The notes under the pieces were generated by a model. It saw nothing but the letters and a program-made list of their open reading frames with translations. It was not told the DNA's origin and did no database searches. A DNA stretch of 60,833 nucleotides, counting the filler, from Asterionella formosa (lineage: Eukaryota), in assembly GCA_002256025.1 (NCBI GenBank). It is 13 parts of 13 records of this genome, joined end to end, with 100 filler letters (N's around TTAATTAATTAA, not from the genome) between each part and the next. Parts side by side here need not be neighbours in the genome. Positions count along the whole stretch, not along the records: positions 46,931 to 51,499 come from NKIB01013455.1; positions 51,600 to 56,167 come from NKIB01013456.1; positions 56,268 to 60,833 come from NKIB01013457.1; 10 more parts are not named here. One strand, given 5' to 3'. The translations under genes and the position numbers were made by a program. Positions 50,191 to 60,833 of the stretch are shown piece by piece (position 1 is the stretch's first letter; every line of letters starts with the position of its first letter).

Positions 50191-51599
50191 TATAACTATG
50201 CATACACTAGTATTAATAGTTTATTCACTTAATCTTCATCAGAATCCTTGGGATCCCAGACTTCTATAATCCGCAACCAATTTTCTTGGTCCCCATCATT
50301 AACAATTATCACTTCAAAATCTGCCTTGTATTTTGTGGGTTTGCTGGCATTTTTGCTTTGAACACAGCTTGCACTTGAGGAGTATTTTCTGAATCATTAA
50401 TTGTTGGCTTCATCACGTCCAACAGGTTCAAAGGTTTCTTTAGGTCATCCAGCTGGCCTTGTCGATGCAACACATTAGCAGTCCTCCAATGCTTTTGCTG
50501 CATGTAACTTTGCACACATGCTTTGTGTAGTACTCAAGGTATTTTCATGCTTGATTTTCCTAGATTTGTGATCCACACAATCATCTTCATACTTCTGCTG
50601 GAGATTTTTCTGATCTTCACGCTTTCAAGCTGCTTGAGAGCTTGGAATGTTTCTTGCATCGCCAAGTTCCCCTTCAACATTGGGTGTCAACTGTGGGTCC
50701 CTGCGAAAAATGTTAACTGTCAATGTACTATACCATGGGCTCTTCTTAGCCTTGTTAGTAGTACCAGGTATTGGCAACCTCACTTCATTTTGCTGGCCGA
50801 GACAGTACCAGTAGTTCTCCTGGTAGATGAACATTGATTATTTGATCACTTTGGCAGATAGCTAGCTATTGCAAAGTTTTTTGATTTGGAAGATAAAACT
50901 TTACTCTAACAATCAAGCAATGACCCAATGACGCAAAGTGCCAGTAAACATTACTTGATTTGAGTAAATGTTTACTTTTTCTGCCAAAGCAGAACATTTT
51001 GCTAAATCTGCTGAATTGATCTTATTTATTGCTTAAAAGGATTGGGTCAAATGTGCGAATATATTTTATACTGCTGAGATTGTGGCTGATGTCAGCAAAA
51101 TTACTACAACTTGGCTGCACATCTGTCATAAGGTGGCTGGGCCTGCGTCTACATACATACGGGTAATTAATTGACATGATCATGATGCTGACCAACGGCC
51201 TGTGAGTGCATGGATTCTAATGGTGTTTTGAAGTAGTACCGGTATGAATCATTACGTAGCTATGAGCCGCAACGGTAGCTGGTACCTGGTACCAGGTACC
51301 AGGTACTCCGTACCAGTCGATCTCCTCGTCTCGCTCGGCCCTCTTTTGCATGACTGATGTGAATGGAGTGTTTTTTCTCTATGATATGTATGTAGTATCA
51401 CATGCATGTCCTCGACTCAATCGTAAATGAACGCTATTTTATTTCATATTGGTTAGTACATCCCATTGCCGCTTCCAAACCATCGCTCCAAGATAGAACN
51501 NNNNNNNNNNNNNNNNNNNNNNNNNNNNNNNNNNNNNNNNNNNTTAATTAATTAANNNNNNNNNNNNNNNNNNNNNNNNNNNNNNNNNNNNNNNNNNNN

Positions 51600-54500
51600 G
51601 TTGCTTCATTGTCAACAAACTGACAGGAATCGAAGGCCACTACCATTGATTCAGAAGTAGGAAGGCTTAGAGTTCCAAGGTCTGATTGATCGGTATACGC
51701 TTCGCCAGCATCCTGGTTGTAAATTAGTACTGCTGCCGATCCCCAATTGCGTTCGAATAAGCAGCGCTCCACCGTGAGTCTCGTGTTCGATGAAGCTAGT
51801 GCTTGAATCGAGACGAACCCTGCATTTGTCATTGTAAGACCTTGCAATGACAATTCAATTGCTTTGTCCAGTATTCTAAAATGACCATTATTTCCAGAAA
51901 TAGTACAATTGTCTTCCAGAAGGCCATTGGTTCCACATTGAAAACGAGCATTACCGCGGTCAATCACGAAAGGATTGGTGATTTTGTACACAGTATTTGG
52001 ACACAAATGAAACACTACCTCTGCTTCATGTTCGGATATTTCGTTTTGAACGGCAGCAACTAGCAGTGCGGATGTTTTCAGACATTTGAGATTTTCATTG
52101 GTCGGGTCGATTTCTCCTCCAAAAAAACTTGGGATACTAGTTGCTACGATAGTTGGTGATGTGGTTGGTGGATTTTCAGCTTCACATGCTGCTGCAGAGA
52201 AATCGATGCAGGATCCATTACAAACCCCTTCTGATTTGCACACAACCGCCGAGAAGAGATCCTTGCATGTGCCATTTGACACGGTGTTACCGTCGCTGTA
52301 ATTATTGTCCTCTTTTGCGGTAGAATTTTTGTCAACGAGAATTCCCCCAGAAAGCGATGCTATGTTTGATGAGAAACAAGAATCCGCCACGGTCATACCT
52401 CCGTTGAACAACATCACAATCCCCCCTGATACGCCAGTATTTCCTTGAAATTCACAATCCTTGGCATCTAGATTGCCACTCAGCGCGGCAATAGGTGCAA
52501 GATCGTGGACGTTGCCTTTGAAAGTACAAAATCGGAGGTTGATGGACATGGATCTGGTGGCTGGTGGAGTGAGGTCTGATATAGAGTGTCGTCTTCTCTG
52601 GTCAGCGCGACCAGAGGTAGAAAGATTTCCATTGTATAAAAGTATAGATGCCATGCCGGTATTATTCACGAATGAGCAGTCCGAAATTTCTGCTCGAGCC
52701 GCAAGTTCGCCACTGGCATAAATAGATGCAACAGTCGCACCAGTGAAAGTAATGCCTGCGAACACAACACCTGTGGGCGTACCGGTTATAAGGAATTGTG
52801 TGACACCGCCATGAACCACGCAGTTGCCAGTACTTCTCCCTTCCATACCACATCTGAATTGCGTTCCTTTCCTTTGAACATGAATAGATGAAGTGCTGCC
52901 TACCACAAGGTGTGTGTTCTCGCATAATGTGTAGATCATGCTAGAATTGCCTGCCGTAGACACAGCAGTTGATAGGTCGAACCAAGTACCATAACACTGT
53001 TTCTCATCAGCGCTGCAACGGTCCGAATCAAACTTTAAGTTTGATGTTCCCATGCTTCCGTCGTTTCCAGCAAAATTACCTGCACCACTGATAGCTCCAT
53101 TGAAAGTACCTTGTCCAGGAGCATTTCCACTCAGACAAGAATCCGTCATTGTGACCATGCCATTGTCGGCCACAATGAGATATCCCTGGACATTGTTGTT
53201 GCTGAAATGCACTGCATTTAGAGTCAAATTCGCTCCGTTGATAGCAATAATGGCACCTGAAGCTGCGTTGGCTTCGAACACGCAGAGATTACATATAAGG
53301 TCAGAAAACGCATCGTAGTTTAAAACTCTTCCACCAATTAGGCTATCATCTCCTCCAGCCAAAATATCATCAGTCGTTTGCGTCGAAGGAGATAATCCCA
53401 AATATGACGGGTCGATTGCCGTAATCGTTGCATTACCAGTGTTATGAATCCATTCACAATCGTCAAAGGTGATTTCCATCGGAGACGTGAGGGAAGCAAA
53501 TATTGATGATTCGGTGGCATTCGTAAAAACGAGTCCCCTCAAGTGAACGTTCGTGACGCTACCACGAAACTCGACGTGTCTTGTTCCTCCGGAGAATCTA
53601 CAACTCTTTTGTCGCGAGCCACATTCGATGTCGACATTACTTGCCGTAATCAATAGTGGAACAAGGCCTGAGTCCACGTACTCTTCAAGTTTGAAAGTGG
53701 TATCTTGACAGATTCGAAACTTTTCTCCACCCTTAGCTGCAAAGACAGCTGAAAAAAAAATCTCCCAATCAGAGAAACAAGTAGTATTTTCGGAGCTGCC
53801 AAGATTCGTGGGAGAAAATGATGGGCTAGATCCTTGGATCTCAACTCGGCACTCCTTGGAATTGAAATCTACGCATGTTTTATTATCTGCGAATATGACG
53901 CCGTTACAATCTACGAGTGCTGTGTTTTTTGTGCCGTAGTTTTCGGTTTCTTCGAGTAGCATGGACCTAGACTCAAGGAGGACAGATCCTGCAAGGGTCC
54001 CTTTATTTTGTATGAAGCACGAAGAAGCTAGTGAGAGTCTGCCTGAAAAGATTGTCACAACACCACCAATTTCACCCGAGTTCTTTTTGAATTGACAGTT
54101 TTCAACGTAAACTTTTCCTCCCAGATTTGCGAGAGGAGCTATATTCACGAAATTCGCATTGAACAAGCAGTTATTAAACCTAACGATCATGGCAGGATAC
54201 ATCTTGTCGGGGAGCGTAGAAAGCTGCAGAATTCTATGAGCTATCTCCGAGAACAGCATTTCCATGTGACGCAGACCAACGTGGTCGAATGTTTGGGAGC
54301 TAGCGACAATAAACGCAGCAATACCACGATGCCCCGAAAACTCGCAGTCATAGAAGGCAGCGTCAGAAGTTACATTGCCTAGGCCGAAAACTGCCGTTGA
54401 ATTTGCTGTACCAACAAACGTTATTCCTTCGACTCTGGCATTTTTTGAGTCGCCAATGACGACCAATTGTTGGACACCACCGACTATTGTGCAATTATTC

Positions 54501-56167
54501 TCCCGTTGCCCAAGAACTCCACATCGAAGAGTAATATCGCTACTTCTGACAATAAGTGGCAAGCTTGTTTCATTCAACTCGAAAGTAGTATCACGACAAA
54601 TTGTGAAGTTTTCGTCGCCTCCAGAGTTTAGAAGAGAGAAAAGCAGTTGCTCCCAATTCGAATAGCATTCGTCCCCATTAGCAATGGTAAGCGTGCCGCT
54701 AGGGGAGGCAGAACATTCCTCTATCGACTTGCAAACAGCTTGACATGCAGAGGTTTCTCCACGAAGACAAGAATTGCTGGGTATTCCAGACGTAAGAACT
54801 CCAGTACAATTCAAGTCAGATGCTGAATTTTTGGTGCCACAAAGGTTGTCGGACATTAATTTGGCCCCATAACCAACATATACAATGCCTCGACCGGCAA
54901 CGTTTTCAGTCAATGTCACCATTTGCAATTCGCTATTTTCAACTGCCAGCTCAATCACACTCTCTATTGCTGTGTTTCCACTAAACAAAGTATTCACAAT
55001 AGTAAGATCAACAGCTCCATTTGATACAACGGATTCAGTAACGTCATTGTTCTTGAACGAAGACCTCAACATTGTGAGATTTGCTAATGAAGCGTTTTTA
55101 CCAACAAGTAAGCGACCGGGTGTTTGAGAAGGCAAGATTGAAAATGCTGAGCGTCCTGTGTTCGCTTCCCAATGGCAATCCGAGAAATAAATGCTTGAGA
55201 AAGCCATTGGGTTGATGGTAACTTGGATAGAAACATTTGTGGCTTCCTTGAACTGGATTCCTCGGAAAACGACTGTCTTAGCTCGATCCTTGATGTGAAA
55301 CTGGAATTGCCCTCCTCTGATTGTGCACTCATCGGTGCTAGTTCCGTTTGGTCCACATTGAATGTCAGTATCAGAAGCTATTTCAATAGGCAGGTCTGAT
55401 TTGGTCAATAAAAGCTCAGAGCCTCGACAAATCTCAAAAAACCCAGCAATTGAGACATTCAATGCAGCAGATAAATCTTTCCATGTAGAGTAGCATCCTT
55501 GAGCATTTATTGATGCGCACAAATCAAGTTCTACGCATACCGGATTTGAGCTTCCAATAGTATCATAAATGGTTCCCTTGCAACGATTATTCCCAGCTGT
55601 GTTGTTTTTTTCACAGACGCCTGTGCTTTCCAAAGTACCATTGTCCAAACCAACAAAGATCGAGCCGACCCCCAGTATATTTTGAAGCAACTGGATGTTT
55701 TCTAGGACTATCTTTCCGCCAACAACCCCTATGATTGCCTTTCCTGCTGAGTTTTGAGAAAAAGTTGTGTCCTTGATTACCAACTCAGCACTCTCGTCGG
55801 TAATCAAGTGTCCCGTTGCTATGTTCTCGACAAAGTAACAGTCAGTGATTGTAATGGATGCAAGAATACCGTTCATGCGGTCTTGGCGATAATTCTGCCG
55901 AGAACTATTATTAGGAATGATCATCATAGTTGAACTTCCAACATTTCCCTTCCATAAGATAAGTGACGAGCCGAATGGTGTCAGTAAATGCAATCAAATT
56001 GGATGACAAATTTGACAGTGCAAACTTACAGACCAGTCGCAATCCGAAAAAGTCACGTTTGCATTTAAGGAAGGATCCAGTTCGATTTGAATGGATACAT
56101 TAGTTGATTTTGCGAAGGAAATGCCTTGAAACTTTAGTTCCAGAGCCGGGTTTCGCAACCAAAAATG
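51600..56167 (-). CDS. Large Cys/Asn-rich protein with at least five ~280-300-aa modules containing right-handed beta-helix (pectin-lyase-like) repeats; partial at both ends; intron 56029..55949
   Basis: ~1450-aa open frame. Repeated C-[YF]-x-x-W...C...CG..G....C.I.GG..QF heads followed by F.DC.F..N strings. Upstream exon splices in phase (DCDWS|GNVG). Confidence 0.82.
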
Positions 56168-56267
56168 NNNNNNNNNNNNNNNNNNNNNNNNNNNNNNNNN
56201 NNNNNNNNNNNTTAATTAATTAANNNNNNNNNNNNNNNNNNNNNNNNNNNNNNNNNNNNNNNNNNNN

Positions 56268-57285
56268 CAGCAGCGTTCCAGCGGGAATAAGTACAACTCT
56301 TTAAGTGGACATGCTTTTTGTATTGGCGGCTACACGAAAAAGATACTAGACTACAGAGTGAAATCTAAGGTCTGTAATGTGTGCGACAGGGCTATACGGT
56401 ACAAGAAACCAATCAAGGAACATATTTGTCCCAAGAATCATGTAACTGGTAGTTCGAAAGCAATGGAACCAGATGCTGGATTAAAAAAACCGGAACCTCT
56501 CTCTGGCCAAATTTAGTATTTCCTCCAAGGCACCAATCAATCATTTATTTGGCTGCCACAACTACTGCTCTGAGACATGGTGCCCTATAAAAGCAGGAAA
56601 AATGGTTAGTAAAGGAAAATATCATGACAAGGAAAAGGAAAAAGATTTATATGAATGGTTAATGCTGCATGTTGCAACAAAAGTCGAAGGCGAAAAGCTA
56701 CTATCGTTGCATCATCTTTTTGACATGCAGATTAATGAGGCAATGAACAATGCAGTGTCGCGACGATGTCCAAAAAACAAGGTGTTTGCGGGATCTGGAG
56801 GCCTTCAGTATCGAGTCGCTTTGGTTGCTGGGCAACACACACAAGGAGCAACACAATATACAAGGAATGTATACAAGCAATGTGGAATGCAGATGTCAGC
56901 ACTGCAAGAATCCTTCTGGAGACAAAAAGAAAAGCGACGAAGTGACGATGGAGCCTATAAAGCACAATTCAAACGAAAGAGGAAACGAAGCGAAAAAATA
57001 CATGCAGGACGATTCGAAACAGTCAAACAGGAAAGTCAAGATAACAAATCAGGTAAGACTTACGGTTCTGTTGTTGCGCTCACCAGAAGGGAACATCAGG
57101 AAACAAGAAGGAACGGAACAATTGTCTGCAATCATTGTGGCCGCAATGATCATCAAAGGAAAAGCAGCACACTCTGTCCATTCAATGTACCGGCAGGCAA
57201 AGTGCCTGATCACACTGGTATGTGTATGATCAATGATGATCAGCTACCTACTACTGTGGATATTGTACCGGCCAACACCCAATAA
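56268..57285 (+). mobile_element. Mutator-like transposase, disrupted, with C-terminal Cys/His knuckle
   Basis: YNSLSGH, SKVCNVC...HICPKNHVTGSSKAME (56268-56480), then NEAMNN...PKNKVF and CNHCGRNDH. Confidence 0.75.
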
Positions 57286-57934
57286 AATGTTACATGTGCA
57301 TCCAGTGTGGCCAGCTTGGGTTTGCAAGACCGTGCAAGAAACCAGGCCAATCAATTGTCGGTAAGTAATTGAACCACAAGACTCCTATTCCGATGATGAC
57401 GTTTCAGCGATTAGTGATTCTGATTCCGACGTTTTGGTGACCGTTGAAAAGGCCGATATTTTCGAATTTTTGGACGACGATAGCTCAACGTTGGCAGGGT
57501 TTGAAGAAGAGTTAAGTACATAGGTAATCTTCATATTAGTTAGCCCGGTAAAATCCACTATTTTCAGCATAGTTAAAAAACCGAAGTTCCTTTCTGCAGT
57601 TTCTCGCCAGATCCTATATCCTGACGATATATAGCGTTGACCTATACCCCTACTTTGATAAATGACTGTATTTAAGCATGTGGAAAGGGTGTGTATTGGT
57701 GAAAGCTCCGTTTAGCGATATACATTTACGTTTTACTCGTAAGAAGTCTATGTTTGACTACTCTGACTTAATATTATTTTTTTAACCCTACCTCGAGCTA
57801 GGGGTTCAAATGCAGGAACCTTAATATTGCTATTTACGTTTTAGACTACGGAGAAAACAGTGGTGAAGTTGGTTTGCTCGCAGTGTTGAATTATCAAAAA
57901 AGGTCCGATGTCTTGTACTCCTAAGTAAAATCAG

Positions 57935-58907
57935 TCATGGTTGTGTAGAGATGTCAGTTTGAATATACACATACAAATGGGAAGCACCGGTTGCTAGAGT
58001 GTAGAGAACATCCAGGAGGAGCAACTCAAGGTCCTTGCACAGAAGATTGGTGCAATCTTTCCTGTGCAGATCATACCAACCATTAGATATTGTCATATCA
58101 TACAGTTTCAAGAATATGTTGAATGGAAGATGAGAAATTTTGTAAAAGAGTCTTGCTTCCCATGTGTTCATGTCCAATTGTAAGATGCGCTTTTTGTTTG
58201 TTAGGAACTTCTTCCACCAACATGACTCTTCCCTTGACACCAGAGGTTGTTTCTTTCTTTTTCTTTTAGCAGATGTTGTTGGATGGCAATTTCTGTTGGA
58301 CGGCGATTGCTGATTCCCTCTTTCAGATTGAGCTTCCAAATGGAACAGAGAACCCAGCTCATTTCGCAACGCAGCTGGCAAGGCTGCTGGTAGTTGCCAT
58401 GACAACCGTTGTTGCTTCCATGGCTGCCTGTACACACTGTTGATAATGTGCTAGGAAGGTTGACGATAGTGTTGGCGGAGTCATCATGTTACAAATTATT
58501 ATCATAAAACAAAAATATTAAAAGTAAGATTTATTATATTAATAATATCCACGGTAATTATAATGACAAAAATATTACAATAGAAGTATCGAAGTATCAA
58601 ATACTATATCATCAGTATATGTGATGACGATTATATATTGTTTCCGCCAGCATTCTGATTGGTGGAGACAATCTTCGTTTGCCCGAAGATTAATCTTCGG
58701 GAAACGAAGATTGTTCAAGAAAATACGAAGATTGGGTCAATATCGGGGATGACCCTCGAAATATTCGGGCAAACGAAGATTAATCTTCGTAATCGGGGGG
58801 GATTTGCGAGTTATTTAGCCCATAAGGGACGAAAATACGAAGATTAAACGCCCAACAGGTATTTGGGCGACTGAATCTTCGTAATTCGGGCACCGTAAGA
58901 CGGGGCC
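57935..58907 (-). mobile_element. Left end of a PIF/Harbinger element: terminus GGCCCCGTCTTACGG at 58907, palindromic subterminal repeats and degenerate transposase N-terminus
   Basis: WWKKFL...ARLFYKISHLPFNIF...DLELLLLDVLYTLATG parallels the 48900-49230 Harbinger N-terminus. TTA flank at 58908-58910. CGAAGATT/AATCTTCG arrays at 58670-58882. Confidence 0.7.
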
Positions 58908-59716
58908 TTAAGTGATGGTCACTTCACATAATACGCGGCTTATTCAGATGTAAGTTCAAACTGTGCGTTAACTTCGTTTAGCGGTGGCTTACAGTTCAAA
59001 GTCGTCATACATACTGTTACAGTTTTTCAATGGTACTCCGTTCACTCTGTACCTGGCACTACCAACTTTGGCGGTTCCACCATAAAAGGAGGGGTTGTGA
59101 AAAGTTAAAATATTCGACTATACAGAAAAGTAAAGAAACGACAAGACAAAAATTCCCTAAATAACCATTGGTCTACATGACGTTCCGGTAGATGACATAC
59201 CGGAGCAAAATTTCCATCCGTCACGATGACTGTCGTTCCATGTGTCAGGATAAAATAAAATATTTCAACGTGTGATTTTATTATTTTCATTCATACTCCA
59301 GTAGTTTAGCAACCTGTGGTTCCGGTACCAGGTACCGGTAGCCAAGCAAATGTAGGAAATTTTGTCAGTTCTGCAGGCAGTATGTAGAGTTGTTCTGATG
59401 CATGCCATTGAGAGAATGTTAGAGGTAGTTGTTACCCTGATGAGAATTTCGGATGAGGTTTTGTCATTGGGGCAATGGTTCGCAGAAATGCGAGTTCTGA
59501 CAAAGTATCCAAGAATTTGCGAGGTCATATTCTTCTTATTAATGTACCAGGTACCTGGTAGTATGAATCCACGACGAGCAAATGTTAAAGACAAATATGT
59601 ACCGGGTAGCCCTTTTTGCTATATACAGATAATACTGGTATACAATACGGAAAATGATATATTCTATAAGTTGAAGTTACTATGAATTTGCTCTGACAAA
59701 TCTGAATCAGAAACAA

Positions 59717-60833
59717 ATGGATAGCAATGTTTTCAGAGTTCGCGGTGAGATGTCTGAAGAAGAGGAAAATGTTAGTGTTGAGACCATGGCGTCTACCGGT
59801 AGTCAGGAAGACGAGGAGATCAAGCAACACACAAGGGACAGAGACTTGAACGATGCAAATGTCGAGAATTGGTTGATTGAGCATCAAGAAAAAGCAACAA
59901 CGCTTGTCGGGATAAACGAAGCGGCAACCGAACAACAAAGCCTTATCGACAATACTGGGTCGCAAGATGATCATGACGCTGGAGCCTCGTTGCCCAGAGA
60001 ATACAACATTGAAAATCATCATGTTGAAATGCCACAACAGGAAGGTGCTTCCAATTCCACTTCAGGTTTGAATCCTCCTATTAATGCATCGGTTGAAAGC
60101 GTCGTGGGCATATATAGTATAGTGAGAGCGCCAGTGCTTGTCATCGAAGGAACGACAGCGAAGGATCGCTCAAAATATCCAGTGATTTGGATAGCACTAT
60201 TCGTCCTGGTTCTTTCCGGAGTGATTGCGGGAACTATGGCCCTCCTACTAAAAAGAGATAGTGATAGCACAAACGCACTATCACAGACTCCGACATTAGC
60301 CCCATCCAAAGATCCTCCTTACCCAGGGAACCTTAATTGGACAATCGGGAAACAACTTTCTTTGATAGCTCCTGGAGATTACCATGTCCTGGGTATTATT
60401 CCAGATCCAGAGCTTTTCATCGAAATAACGAATCGAACCACTGTCAATCTCACAGTTTTTACATTTGCAACAGGCAAGATTGATAATGTTGACAGTCCCA
60501 CCATCACTAAATTCGTGACGACCCTCTGGAACGGCCACTCAGTAAGTAATAGAAAGGAAAGCAAAATAATGAATTATGCTTGTCACCATCCTCCCTCACT
60601 CTCCTTTTGTACAAACAACAAAGCTCGACTTTTTGCTAAGTTTCACAATTGAAGGCATTGTTTTGTCCGCTGATGACCTGTTTGATGGTCTCGTTCTGAA
60701 TTCAATGGCTCGATATCCACTAGAATTCAACCTTAATCCAACTCGAGTTAATGATGTTACAATTGTCGAAAGTACTCAATACTATCGGAATGGAGTCATG
60801 ATATTCATCTCTGGATTCCCTACCCCCTATATA
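59717..60833 (+). CDS. Single-pass membrane protein with a divergent fasciclin (FAS1)-like domain; intron 60542..60623; 3' partial
   Basis: Acidic N-terminus, TM segment VIWIALFVLVLSGVIAGTMALLL and a T/P linker. After in-frame splicing: LTVFTF...LDFLLSFTIEG.VLSADDLFDG...VNDVTIV...NGVMIFI. Confidence 0.65.

Noticed and set aside
50300..50900. Second (Myb/SANT-like) Harbinger gene convergent with the transposase
   Set aside because: Position fits, but the ORF pieces are too degraded to show a recognisable motif.
1..60833. tRNA, rRNA, snRNA genes or a TnpB/Fanzor nuclease
   Set aside because: None recognised by eye; tRNAscan-SE, Infernal and HMM searches would be needed to exclude them.

Overview
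Eukaryotic nuclear DNA, most likely a diatom (inferred from short GT-AG introns, signal peptides followed by a Phe as in bipartite plastid presequences, and diatom-type Ty1/copia elements). The window is not one locus. It is 13 separate ~4.6-kb scaffolds joined by 12 artificial N-TTAATTAATTAA-N spacers in near-descending size order, so adjacency across a spacer has no biological meaning. Supported genes: a SMARCAD1/Fun30-type SNF2 ATPase, a large acidic repeat protein, plastid-type methionyl-tRNA formyltransferase, coproporphyrinogen III oxidase, a TLC-domain protein, CTNNBL1, a sulfotransferase-like protein, a large Cys/Asn-rich beta-helix repeat protein and a FAS1-like membrane protein. Much of the rest is decayed transposons (copia, Tc1/IS630-like DDE, piggyBac, PIF/Harbinger, Mutator-like, MITEs). 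The most striking unexplained structure is a 182-nt GC-rich rod-like fold-back at 41327-41508. In it, five CGAG motifs on each arm are exactly opposed, giving five periodic tandem G.A mismatches, which points to selection on a single-stranded RNA or DNA structure. All calls are by eye; no searches or folding programs were run.
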